A stretch of 60,399 nt of DNA, the filler included, from Basidiobolus ranarum (taxonomy: Eukaryota): assembly GCA_040143965.1 (NCBI GenBank). It is 9 parts of 9 records of this genome, joined end to end, with 100 filler letters (N's around TTAATTAATTAA, not from the genome) between each part and the next. Parts side by side here need not be neighbours in the genome. Positions count along the whole stretch, not along the records: positions 1 to 6,638 come from JASJQH010008155.1; positions 6,739 to 13,374 come from JASJQH010008156.1; 7 more parts are not named here. One strand, 5' to 3'. Numbering within the stretch: the stretch's first letter is position 1; the number at the start of each line of letters is the position of its first letter. This document shows positions 1 through 12,150 of this stretch, piece after piece. The notes under the pieces are model-generated. The model had not been told where the DNA came from. It saw only the letters and a program-made list of their open reading frames with translations, and did not search any database. The translations under genes were made by a program, and so were the position numbers.

Positions 1-1
1 T

Positions 2-688
2 CGTAAAGTCACTCAGCATATTCGTAGAACACTTGATACCAGTTCCGTCTGTCAGACATCAGTATTTGAGCTCTCGGTAACATTAGGGATCGGATGTGCA
101 ATCTACATGAAAACAGGGGACACCTACGTTTGTACTCATGAGGATTACAGACATATCAATGATCACTCCTTACGCCACTCGGATAAGCATATCTTTTGGC
201 AAAAGATTGATATACCAGCGGATAACAAAGTAATCACCCGGATGGCCACCTTATCTTACGCTTGTTGTTTAAACAAACGAGACCTTAGTGATATGGTAGG
301 GGAAAAAGTAAATGTACCCTTCAAAGCTGCTATGGGAGTACGCTTTAAAATCGACGGTAAAGACTCCGGATTTGTATTGATCTACTCTAGCGATGAAACC
401 TGGAATTTGCCAGAACAAGAGGTAGAGCTATTTGAAGATATTGTGGGTCAAATCGAGATCGCATTACAACAATCTGCACAGTTGAAAAGTGAAACCAACG
501 GTAAATCAAACGGTAAATTCTACGAAGCCAAGAAAGTAAACGAAAATGAAGATGAGGAAGTAGAGTTCAGATTATCGAATCTTCATCATACTACTCCCCT
601 TTCTTTACCACCACCACCTCCCTTTTCATATCAAGATGAAGAAAAGGATTCTGAGACGTATGATATGAAACCACTCAACTGGCACTAA
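2..688 (+). CDS. Ethylene-receptor (ETR1)-like GAF-domain protein, 5'-partial, no histidine kinase after the GAF (copy A)
   Basis: The frame is open from base 2: RKVTQHIRRTLDTSSVCQTSVFELSVTLGIGCAIYM...QEVELFEDIVGQIEIALQQSAQL. This parallels the ETR1 segments [28 protein letters not shown] and [23 protein letters not shown]. The stop comes ~65 aa after the GAF. Confidence 0.7.
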   Translation, partial: RKVTQHIRRTLDTSSVCQTSVFELSVTLGIGCAIYMKTGDTYVCTHEDYRHINDHSLRHSDKHIFWQKIDIPADNKVITRMATLSYACCLNKRDLSDMVGEKVNVPFKAAMGVRFKIDGKDSGFVLIYSSDETWNLPEQEVELFEDIVGQIEIALQQSAQLKSETNGKSNGKFYEAKKVNENEDEEVEFRLSNLHHTTPLSLPPPPPFSYQDEEKDSETYDMKPLNWH

Positions 689-982
689 ACCTCATTATTT
701 ATTGATCTTCCACGCACTACTTTTAATTTAACTTTAATATAATCAAGATATTCAGCAATGATATCCAAATAGCAATAGACCATACGATACTTACTGAGAT
801 GACTTTTTGTGCTACGCAAACAAACTGCTAGATTCAAACAATTAGCCGGTAGGGTACTAATGTATACAACATATACGAGTAATCGATATTAAATCAAACT
901 AAGTCAATAGTTATCAAGAGTTCTTGGAAGTGTTGGTACTTTTTTTCGCATTCCCTTCGCGTTTGAGTGACAAAAGGTTCCT

Positions 983-3900
983 CTAGCATTTACGTCTTTT
1001 GAATCGGAATTGATCTAGTTTACTTTGACCTGATGATAGTTTCATTGATACTCCATTTATAGGAAGTTCTTCCCTAGTATGTAGACTCCATTGATCTTCG
1101 ATTGATTTCCTGGTCAGACGATCTCCGGTCGATTTACCACTAGATGATAGCACTTTCGCAATTTCTCGCCAGTTTCCAAATTTTATATCTTTAGGAAATG
1201 AAGGGATAGCTTGTATCGTTAGATTCTTTTCTATATCCTGATAATCGTTTAAAGGATGAATTGGAGTGGTCGCCAATACTTTGCTTTGCTTCGAATTATT
1301 AATCGGATAGAAATCATCCAACTCTAGCCTTTGTTCCTCCGAAGTATCTACCTTCGAACGTTTATCCCTAAAGGTTGTATGATTAAGCGTATTCTGTATA
1401 GAGTGGCCACATCTAGAATTGAGTTTGGAGTGGTATTTCGATGAGTTTTTAATCAAATTAGGCTTGATATGTATATCTACAGTAAATGGTTTTTGTTGTC
1501 TTGGGAAAGTATTTGTTTGCTTAGTGTTATCTTGATGAAACTCGTGTGAATCCATAAGAGCTACTAACTCTTGCTCTAGACTAGCATCAATAAGAAAGTC
1601 GTCGTTAGACTCTAATGCATCCTCTTTTGTATCTATGTGTGAGCCAGAATTCAAATTAATTTTGAGACCTCGAGGAGTAATATGAAACTTAGTTTTGTAC
1701 TGCTTACCTTCCAAATCTATTTCTATTGGGGCCTCTTTGGTTGAGCCTATCGTATCCGAATCAGACTTGTAACTATTACTGGTTTTGCATATACTTGACG
1801 AAGACGGTGGCCGAGAAATGGATACTGCGGTAGAGCTCTTTACATCAAAAATCCTTTCTACGCCTTGCATGATCATAAAATCATCTGCATCGTCTTCAAG
1901 ATCTGGTAACTTTTCTTCAATACTTTTCCGAGGAATCTTTGCTGATTTCGATCGTGAAAACAATCTGCTGTCTTTCGAGGGTTGTAATTTTTTTGAATAC
2001 AAATGCGTAGTAGGCTGATGGCTACCTCTGAATGGAACAATATCATCTAAATTAAGATAATCTTGTAATTGTAGGCCATACTGATCATCTTCATTGTTAA
2101 TGAACCCTAAGGTTTCCATTGCGCTCATCAGATCAATATAATCATCGGTTCTCCGAGAATGCAAGACTATACAGGTAGAAGTGGGAGTAGTTTGATGCTT
2201 GGGGAATTTGGAAAGTGATATATTAGGGTCTTTGGTCTTACTAAAGCTGTTAAGAAAATGAGCGTATTGCTCTTCGATAGCCTCATCCGCTTCATTAATC
2301 TGGTGAGAACTCGGCATGGCGATTTTCTGGCGTGATCTCTTGGTTTCTCTAGGTTCATATTCTGGAATGACCAGTGACTTCTTGATGCATACCGGGTGAA
2401 CTCCTTTAGGCAATAGCCTTGGATTCTTTTTAAAAAGTGTGATTTTAGAACCAGATGCTATGGCGCGTTGGATAGTTTTATATGAATTTTGAGATTGTTT
2501 GTACATTTGTTCTTCCTTTCCTTCCGACAGAAGCATACAGATTCTACCTTGACGCTTACGGCCAGTTCGACCCATACGCTGAAGAAGCCGAATTGGAGAA
2601 TTAAGAGAATCATAGCATATAATAAGGTCGACCTCGCCAATATCTAAGCCTTCCTCACCGATAGAAGTGGATACAATCACATTATATCCACCTTGTTTAA
2701 ATTGCGTTAAAACCGCCATTTGCTCCTTCTGAGTAAAGCCTTTTTTGGATTTCTTTGTGGCTTGACCCACAAACGACATTGGTCTGATGATAGGGAAATG
2801 AAAGTTAAGCGCTTTAACAATTTCTTCAACAGACTCTCGATACTCGGCAAAAATCATAACTCTGGTCTGGCTCTTGTCTTTGTTTCCGAAATTATCGTTA
2901 CATGCCTCATGATTAACAAAATAATCCATCACATAAGTAACGAGTTTCTCTAGTTTGGGATGGCCGCTAAATATGGATTCGTTTAAGATTTTCTCTATGT
3001 GTCCCATAAGATCAACGAAATTGCTATTTTTGAGCAAGTCCTGGCGAGCGCGCGATATTTTTTTGCCATCTTTTGCTTCTTGAACCATATTAAGTAAAGC
3101 GCTATAAAATGGACGAATTCCGTGTCGACGTAGGAGACTGTGGGCATGTGATAAGGCGAGACAAATACCAAAATCTCCCTCGACACCAGCCCTTTGCTCA
3201 GGTGGCATACTCGCTGATCCACTACGAAATTTATTTCGTGCTAGAATCAGCATATATTTCGACACCTTTTGGGGATCTTTTTCCCAGATTACCTGCATTC
3301 TAAATAGACGAGTAGTGTAAGGTTCCATACATGTACAGAATTGCTTTGAGATTTCATTGATCCTGCTGGTAAAAGGAACTACAATGATATCGATTCTTCT
3401 ATCATGAGTGTATTTACGTATGTCTATAGATTCTTCAGTTCGAAGTTCGATATTAGAAATCATTAGATTATTGACAACCTCTTGAACTGTAGCCAAGTCG
3501 ACTCCTGGTGTAGCTGACAGTGCCAAGATTCGAAAGAGTGGATTTCTGGCATAAAGTTCTCTGACGGCTACACAATTGGCAAATTCTCCACGAGATCTAT
3601 GTGCCTCATCAATTACCAAACATACTATATCCTCTGCAGGGCATGTTCCACGTATCAAATCATTTTGCAACGCCTGTGGGGTTAAGAAAAACACTTTCTT
3701 CTTAAGCCACCAATGTTTTCTTTTATCAGGTGATTGAGCTCCAGTAAGTTCAGCTGTATCATCTTGGGAAATACCGCATATGTTGTGACATGCTTCTATT
3801 TGCTGTGCTACTAGAGGTTTAGTAGGAGCCATAAACACGATTTTCGAGTTAGGGAACCAACGATAATGGTTGTACATTATAACAGCAGCAACGAATGTCT

Positions 3901-4645
3901 TCCCAAGCCCAGTTGGAAGGGCAACTAAAGTGTTTTCGAATAACGCTTTGGACACAATATTAAATTGATAATCACGAATAGGATAATTAGTAGGATAAAT
4001 CCAGGTGTTAATCGTCTTCGGATTATAGTATACAGATTTTGAGGGAGTACTAGATGTATTCTTAGCAAAACAGTTAACGATCACTTTCTACTTTAAAGGA
4101 TTTCAAGACAAAATATGGTACTGCTATTCAAAAACACATACAGGTGACTTTTTGGCTCGGTTTCCAGATAAATCAAGTTCTTCTTGATCCATATCAAACA
4201 TGCCCCAAAGGGTTGTTTGGCTCATGTGGGAGTCACCCGTACTCTGCTTTAGAATCTTGTTTATGGACTTGGTTTTCGTAATTTCGTTTGCCGTGATGGG
4301 ATTAAGTGGCATTACCTAGAAAGCCAACAAGTTGAGATCTGTAAGCCAAGAAAGGATCATCGTTATAGATAGAAGTAGCATATATACAGGATGGTTTGTA
4401 AAGTTGCTGTGGGTTGAGTTGGGAAGACTTGATAGCTGTTTGGGTGGCAGGCAGTTTGATAAAGTATATGGATATTGTTTAGTGAAATCGGTTATCTGAG
4501 ATTGAACTTTTCTATTAGATGTGGAAAGCGTGCAGCTGGGACCTTTAGGCATTGCACCGACTGCTTGCTTTTCTATTTGGTCGACCGCAGCTAAGAACTC
4601 ATCATCTACAGCTAGATCCCCAAAGTCATCGAACTCCTCAGACAT
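983..4645 (-). CDS. MPH1: Mph1/FANCM-family DEAH DNA helicase (3 exons)
   Basis: Motifs YPIRDYQ, LPTGLGKT, DEAH, SAT, TSIGEEGLDI and QRMGRTGR. Inferred exons 4645-4388, 4315-4142 and 4087-983 are joined by phase-0 GT-AG introns. No recognisable ERCC4 nuclease tail. Confidence 0.93.
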
Positions 4646-5950
4646 GATCAAAGTATGTCGTGGACTTGGAACTGTTAAAACAAGAAAGAAATTGGAAAAA
4701 GGTGGAAGGAGATTGACTTGTTTGAAAACTCTATAAAATAGATTTTATAAAGCATAGAGCTGATGGTTTATGCTCTTAAACAGTCACATTTCATGCTAAC
4801 TATTCTCGGTATGGATTGGCCATAATAGAAATATTTCTGAAAGATCAACTAAGCCTTCGGTGCTGCGGTAACTTGAAGGATAGCATATTATTATAATAAA
4901 TAGGAGAGGCGAGTGTATGAATAATATTCATATTATCTTTGAAGTTATATCACTGGAGTATATCAGTGCAGGTCAGCAGTTCTTTCCATCTAATTTCAAC
5001 TCCATGAACGATAGATTTATCAACCCGTCTGTTTAGAAAGCAAATCTAGGATACCTGGCGACTATTGTACTTTATTACTATCCTAAACTTGTGAGTAGTT
5101 CAGCATTAACACCACCCAAATGATGATAATATTTTATGGTAAGTGAAATGAATGATATTGACAACCAAGTTATCCTTGTTTTCGTAATATTCCGTGAAAG
5201 AAAACAGGTTCAAGTAGCTATATATTTGAATCTAGTTAAGCATGTTGATATATAACTAGGATATTAATGATAATACATTTCATAGTCCTCTTACCAACTA
5301 CGGAACAGCTCTAGAAGAGAGTAAGCGAGTTAACAGACCTAGACTGTTCTTTGTAATATTGCCCCTGAGTAATGTTCCGGTGGCACAATGCGTTGAGAAA
5401 AGTTACCAAAATGTCAAAATTACGATGGTTTGTCACAGATAAATAAGCAATACTAAAAAAGGGGGCTGTCAAGTAACACTTAACCTATGAACAATTTGAT
5501 ATAGTATCTTACCTTGGTGAGGGGGGATCATAGTTAAGAGTAAATACATAGAACAATAATTATAATCATAAGCTTATTGGCACTTGATAAGGCTTTATTT
5601 TATTGGTGATCATCCATCACTTATCCCTCTAATCGAGATTGTCTGCTTATAGTTCAGCCCAACCCTTGCTAATATATTGATAATAAAGGCCTCTGTGAAG
5701 TCAATACCGTAGTTTGATCAGAAAATCTACAAATGTCATTAAATGCTAGTAATTAAATCAATACAATTCAATTAAATGCTGTGCATTTATTCAATCTGGA
5801 GTTACATGTTCTTGAAAATTAAATTGATCAATATACAATATAAAAGGTGGCCAAGAAGTTAGTATTTAAAAGGAGAGCACGATTATTGAAGTAGCATTCA
5901 GTGAAACTACAAGGACTAGGATATAAATAAACCCCCCAAGTAGTATGAAA

Positions 5951-6637
5951 TTAATTCCAGTATTTTGGCTCCATATCGTATTCTTCATATTCCTGTATAT
6001 CTTCGCTTGAAAATGGTGGGGGAGATGATGAGGGTATTATTGGGTCTATTGCACTCTGGCGCAATGATGCAAGGCCTCGTTCATTGGAATAATTCTGCTT
6101 TTCAGCGTTATTGTTATAGGTTGACATGGATGGCCGTATATTATGTTCTGTCCGCAACTGGGCGGACTGTTGTAAAGCAATCTCAATTTGGCCCACAATG
6201 TCTTCAAATAGTTCTACCTCTTGCTCTGGTAAACTCCAAGTTTCATCACTAGAGTAAATTAATACAAACCCGGAGTCTTTACCACTGATTTTAAAGCGTA
6301 CTCCCATGGCAGCTTTAAAGGGTAGATTTACTCCTTCCCCTACGATGTCACTAAGATCCCGCTTATTCAGACAACAAGCATAAGATAGTGTGGCCATCCT
6401 CGTGATTGCTTTGTTATTCACGGGTATCTCAATCTTCTGCCAGAATATGTCTTTATCCGAGTGCCTTAATGAATGGTCGTTGATATGTCTGTAATCTTCA
6501 TGAGTACAAATATACTTGTCTCCACTTTTCATGTAGATAGCGCAACCTATCCCCAGTGTCACCGAGAGCTCAAATACAGAAGTTTGACAGACGGAACTGG
6601 TATCAAGTGTTTTGCGAATGTGTTGAGTAACTTTACG
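5951..6637 (-). CDS. Ethylene-receptor-like GAF-domain protein, 5'-partial (copy B, inverted paralog of copy A)
   Basis: The frame is open from the contig end (RKVTQHIRKTLDTSSVCQTSVFELSVTLG...). It has 13 aa differences from copy A over ~126 GAF residues and a divergent tail ending PPPFS...YDMEPKYWN. Confidence 0.7.
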   Translation of the reverse strand, partial: RKVTQHIRKTLDTSSVCQTSVFELSVTLGIGCAIYMKSGDKYICTHEDYRHINDHSLRHSDKDIFWQKIEIPVNNKAITRMATLSYACCLNKRDLSDIVGEGVNLPFKAAMGVRFKISGKDSGFVLIYSSDETWSLPEQEVELFEDIVGQIEIALQQSAQLRTEHNIRPSMSTYNNNAEKQNYSNERGLASLRQSAIDPIIPSSSPPPFSSEDIQEYEEYDMEPKYWN

Positions 6638-6638
6638 G

Positions 6639-6738
6639 NNNNNNNNNNNNNNNNNNNNNNNNNNNNNNNNNNNNNNNNNNNNTTAATTAATTAANNNNNN
6701 NNNNNNNNNNNNNNNNNNNNNNNNNNNNNNNNNNNNNN
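6639..6738. other. Artificial contig linker
   Basis: N44-TTAATTAATTAA-N44 (stops in all six frames). Confidence 0.99.
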
Positions 6739-8981
6739 ATATGGCGACCACTTGTATAGGTATTGCACTCTTTCTCATACTTGCTCGTATGTGAAAACTA
6801 ACAAGGTTTGTTAGCAAAACTGACTACGATGGAGCTATGTCGCAATATCTTAAAACCATCGGAAGGCTCGAGCCTTCTTATGTAATACGTAAAGTAAGCA
6901 TTGTACACATACTTCTAGTGCCCTAACATTCTACTAACCTTAAATGATGTAAGTTTCTGGACGCCCAACGTATACATAACTTGACTTCATATTTGCAAGA
7001 ATTACATTCTACTGGCCTAGCTACTGCAGATCATACTACCCTTTTACTCAACTGCTATACTAAGCTTAAAGACGTGGCCAAGCTAGATGAATTCATTAAG
7101 GTATTCAAAATATATAGACGTTCTTGAGAGGCGCTTTGCTTTTCTTTTATACTTACGATTTTCTTAGACTGACGAGGAACTCAGATTTGATGTTGATACG
7201 GCGATTCGTGTTTGCCGTCAGGCTGGCTACTATGAGCACGCGTGCTACTTAGCGGAAAAATTTGAAGAGCATGATACGTAGGTGGAAATTACTGGCATTT
7301 CGGTCTGCATCTTATTTATTTCATTTCTTTTGTGTTCTAGTTATTTGAAAATACAAATTGAAGATGTTAAAGATTACATCAAAGCTTTGGATTACATTCG
7401 TAAATGTAACCATATAGAAGTATGGTCTAGCTCGTTGAATTGACATTATTTGTATTTAATTAATCAAATGTTGCTGTTTTCCAGGCTGATAAGCAACTGA
7501 AGAAATACGGGCGTACACTCTTGGATCAAGTTCCAGACGAAACGACAAACCTCTTGATTGATCTTTGTAACGGGCTGCACAACGCTGAGATATCAATGCC
7601 TCCATCACCAGCACCAAATACAGCTAATCAAGGATTTACTTTTGCCATCAATGGACCATTTAAGCGTAGCAGCACTGGTGGTCACACTAAGCAACCATCC
7701 AGATCTAGATCGCTTAGTGGTCCCAAGTTGACCGCATATCATCCACCATCTCCAAGTGGGTTTGTTAGTATCTTTGTCAGTCACCCTTATCAATTGATTA
7801 CCTTCTTTGAAACTGTGTGTGAGAAACGCTGGAAGAAAAAGATAGTCCCTTCACTCGCTGACAACATCGGAAAGCTTGTAATTAATGGCAAATCAGCCAT
7901 AGCTGATCCTTCAGTTAAACTGGATCGTGAGGAGGAGGAAAAAAAGGCAGTCTGGAATACCTTACTTGAACTTTACTTGATAGATCACTCGAGTGCAAAG
8001 AATACCGATAATGATGAAATTCAGAAGCAAGAGCGTCGTGCCAAAGCCCTGGTTTTATTGAAGGATCCTGAGGTATGCGTTGATCAGAATATTTCAATGT
8101 TATAGCGTTAACCACTCCATTCATTCTTGCTTAGATCTCATATGACATGGATCATGCCTTTGTATTGTGTCAACTATCCGCCTTTGACGATGGAATTGTG
8201 TATCTTTATGAAAGAATGCAAATGTATAGTGAAATCCTTCAATTTTGGATGGACCGAGATGAAATCAGCAAAGTTTTGGAATCACTACGCAAGTTTGGGT
8301 ATACAGTTTTGATCTCTAGCCTTTCATACGAAGCCTCACATTAATACGTCAATATCTACTATACATATGTCTAGACCACTTAATCCGGCTCTTTATCCTC
8401 AAACGCTTACTTACTTTGCCTCCTCGCCTGCTTCATTGTTGACAAATTCCGCAGAGTTGATGCAGGTTTTGGAGCATATTGATAAGGAGAACTTATTACC
8501 TCCTTTACAGGTTGTTCAGGCACTCAGTCGTAACTCTGTTGCAACGGTAGGTGTTGTGAAAGATTACATTAGCCGTCGAATTGAAGCAGAAAAGAAGCAG
8601 TGTGAAGATGATTCAAAGCTGATACAAAGCTATAGGGCAGAAACAGAAAAGAAACGACAGGAGATCGAAGATTTACAGACTAATGCTCGAATTTTCCAAA
8701 TGACGAAATGTAGTTCTTGTGGAGGTGGTTTGGATCTCCCAGCTGTTCATTATCTTTGCCGTCACTCATACCATCAACGTTGTCTTAATGAATACGAAAA
8801 GGATTGTCCAAAATGTGCTATTGACAACCGTATGGTCCTAGAGATCAAACGCTCACAAGAAGAGAATGCTGACAAACACGAACTGTTCCTCGCTCAGCTT
8901 GAAGATGCAGATGATGGTTTTGAGGTCATAGCTGACTATTTCTCTCGTAATACCATGTCCTTCACGAAATTAGTAGAATAG
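6739..8981 (+). CDS. VPS11: Vacuolar protein sorting 11 (HOPS/CORVET), 5'-partial, multi-exon
   Basis: Spliced exons encode YGDHLY, QYLKTIGRLEPSYVIRK, FLDAQRIHNLTSYLQELH...ADHTTLLLNCYTKLKD and LLPPLQVVQALSRN, and a C-terminal RING (CSSC...HYLCRHSYHQRC...CPKC). Confidence 0.95.
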
Positions 8982-9271
8982 TTTTCTTCCTTTTAAACTC
9001 CAATTAACCCAATTTGAATGTCAGTTTACATTAAAAAGAGATTTAATACGAATATCAGGTTTTATGCAATTTTCTGGTTCGTAGATTTATGTGAAAATAA
9101 TGCATATCTGGTTGCATTAATGGGGCTTGACCATCTTGATCGAGAATCATAATAGTGAGGTCACGAGAGAGGAAAGCTGGCAGTAAATAATTACTAAAAA
9201 ATTATACATTCCGTTTTGCACGGCGTCTTTGTAACTGTTGAAATTCTAAACTCTCCTTGTTGCTATACAAA

Positions 9272-11503
9272 ATGCCTAACAACGGATTCATTTTGGAAAC
9301 CGTTAAAGGACAACAAAATGCTTTAGAAAGCTTATTACGTAGTAGTGAAGAAGTTCGAAATGTTTTGGATTTATTCGAAAAAGAAAGCAATACAGACTTA
9401 TCAGAGTACTCTGACAGTAATGCCGCAGAAACTGTTAAAAGATTGTGGGATCAAGTACAAGACCAACGTATTGGAACTAGTGTGACTTTGATTCCTCTAA
9501 AGACTATTTTCCGTAGTTTGGAAGATACTGCAGATATATTCGAGGTCAAAGAGAGTAGAGAAAGCTCTGGTCTAGTTCATTTGAAATGGGCATTCCTCTC
9601 GCAAGTTGCCATCAACGTATATGCTCAGCTCTTGGAAACACTTGTGACAGTCACACTACCTTTGTCCAAAGATATTATGTACTGGGAAGACTGTCAAAGT
9701 TCGCGCATTTATACCTCAAACTATTTAATACAAAGCAAGTATCGAGTAACTTCTCAGCCATTCTCGAGTATACCAATAACACCCACTTTTCTTCGTATTA
9801 CTTAGCCGGACCTACTCGTGTTTATCAGGTTTTGAGGCAGTTGTATTCTTCAGTAGAGAAAAATCCCAATGTATGGCTTTCATTGTTTCCATCTTGGGTA
9901 AAGGCTTTACCTACACGTAACACTGGAGTTCTTCAACTGGCAAACAGAGAAATTACCCATAAAATGACCCGACTAAAGATAATTCGTAAATACAACGCTG
10001 CTTGCTTGGGTTTAATGACCGAACGAGGACTGGATCTCAAGAGCTCGTATCAAGACTTTGGAACGATGGAAAAAAATCTATGTCACTTTTTAAAGCTAGT
10101 GAAGGCACTCTTGAGACAAGCTAGCTGTTTTGATTTCGATACTGAAGTGCCAGATATTAATGAAGCCATTTCCTCAGGTAAACTTTACAAACAAAAAATG
10201 GTTCTATATGCAAAGATAGCCTGACTACATCTATTGAGCAGTTGATGATCATGTACTCGAGTTAGTTGACGCTCACCATTCGATTCGTGAGATTCTCCAT
10301 CTTTTGACCACCCTTGAAGACCGCAACCACCAGGCGGTCGTCGTTTATGGACGACCAAATTTGGTTACCCGTTATTGGCTTCCATTCTCTATTGGATACA
10401 CTGTGTTAAATATCACCACTTCCTCTTTGTTTACTCGTCAAGCCAGCATTGAATTATGGTTACGAGAATCTCAAGCTACGGCTCGTGATTTCCTGTTCGA
10501 CTGGGTATTTGTTCCCATGAAAAGAATCTGGGACACTATCCGGCATAAAGAACAACGTTTGACTCTTATGGGGCCTGAGTCTCTTAATAGCGATTTCGAG
10601 GTTTGCGTTTACCCATTCTGTTTACGTCTAAATCATTAGATTTTACTTATCCGACTTGTACTAAATAGTCTCTCGAGAGGATGGTTTTAAATTTTGCCAA
10701 GAAACACAGTCAACTGGATGAATTCCAGTTCAACGTGCTAACTCATCGGGTTCGGGACGGTGATCTCTCAGTGGTCTTGCGTAAATATGAGGAAGAGATT
10801 CAGGTATTTCTTGCCTTCGTATGAACTCCTGTGTTTAAGCTAATACTCTATCCACCACGTACTAGAATCCATTCCAGAATGCTATTTTCGGTAAGCTCTC
10901 CCACCCTTGGTGAACAATAGCCAAGTGATAGCACCTTGACTCACTGTCTTGATTTTTAGGGGATCTTGTTCAAGCGTTACTTATTCAAGTTCAAAAAACC
11001 AAAGTAGATGTTGAGCTTGCCATGTCAGCCTTGGACAAATTGTTGCGCTCCAATGAGTTGAATTTTTGTTTCATTGCGGTTATACCCTCCTTACTTATTG
11101 TATATGGAATATTCCGATCCATTCGAAATTCTTGGAGAGGTCGTGAAGGATTGACCATGTCAAAAACCCATCAACAAATCCGAGATATATTAAGGTTCTT
11201 TCGTTGCTTCTTATATATTTTGTTGCTTATACTTAGAGCAAAATTGAATTCCGTAGAGATGTTGAGCGCATATTGAACAATCACACTGGTCCAAAGTCAG
11301 CTCTTGATTTTCAAGCGCAAGGTTTATTGTTATGCGAGCTTCAGCTTCTCCGAGTCTATGCAGATCGCTTACCCAAAAAAAATAGACTACGACTAAAGTT
11401 TTTAAGCGATCTACGTGAGTTGGAATCTACTAGATTTTCTGTTAAACAGCGACTGAATACCATGAATCGAGTGTATAGAACATACAAATTTCTGAAGCCT
11501 TGA
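9272..11503 (+). CDS. NCA2: Nuclear control of ATPase protein 2 (NCA2 family), multi-exon
   Basis: Exons include YGRPNLVTRYW, DWVFVPMKRIWDTIRH, SLNSDFE/SLERMV and LLIQVQKTKVDVELAMSALDKLLRSNELNF, all typical of NCA2. Confidence 0.85.
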
Positions 11504-12150
11504 ATTTGATAGCATCAGCATCCAGGTCATCATGCCACTTAAGCATCTACATTTTCACCAAAATTATTAAATATCTGCGTAACCCATGGATAGGATCAAA
11601 TTTTATGCAAGCTACTCAGAAGCTTTAATGGTTAGTTTAGGCATTAACTGCCATTAAAGGTACCTTTGCATATGTATACCCATTAATCAAATTATCTGAG
11701 GCCATTAAAGTCTTAATTAGTACCTTGGAGTGAACTGGAAGTCTAAGATGGTATCAATAATTGACTAGAACTTTGCGTTATTTTGATATTTATTTAAATC
11801 CGGTAAATTAGTAACAGAAAGAACAGGGGTTTGCTGCTCCACATTATCAAACCCTTTGATCACTATAATAGCAGCTGATTATATCCGATATATTGCTAGA
11901 TTAGGCGATTTGGATAGGATTTATATTGTAAATTCTAGATTAAGTATTTGTATTGAGGATTAGCCGTTTAATATTTTAGTAGAGGTGCCTTCTCCTTACA
12001 CCAACTCCAGACAAATCGTTCGTTACAATTTCCATCACGATTGATAGAGATCAACATTAGATTCTATAATTGAATTTATTTCTATAGACAAACGACTGGT
12101 TGACCGTTGCTATAAAATACCCATTTTTCGACGACACACCGACAACAGAA

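Noticed and set aside
1785-3303. Short antisense or alternate-frame ORFs overlapping MPH1 (likewise within the SLC35 and ABC genes)
   Set aside because: Shadow ORFs of long coding sequences with no recognisable motifs.
4730-4776. AT-rich palindrome and AGCATAGAGC/GTTTATGCT hairpin upstream of MPH1
   Set aside because: Short and AT-rich, so plausible by chance. No other support.
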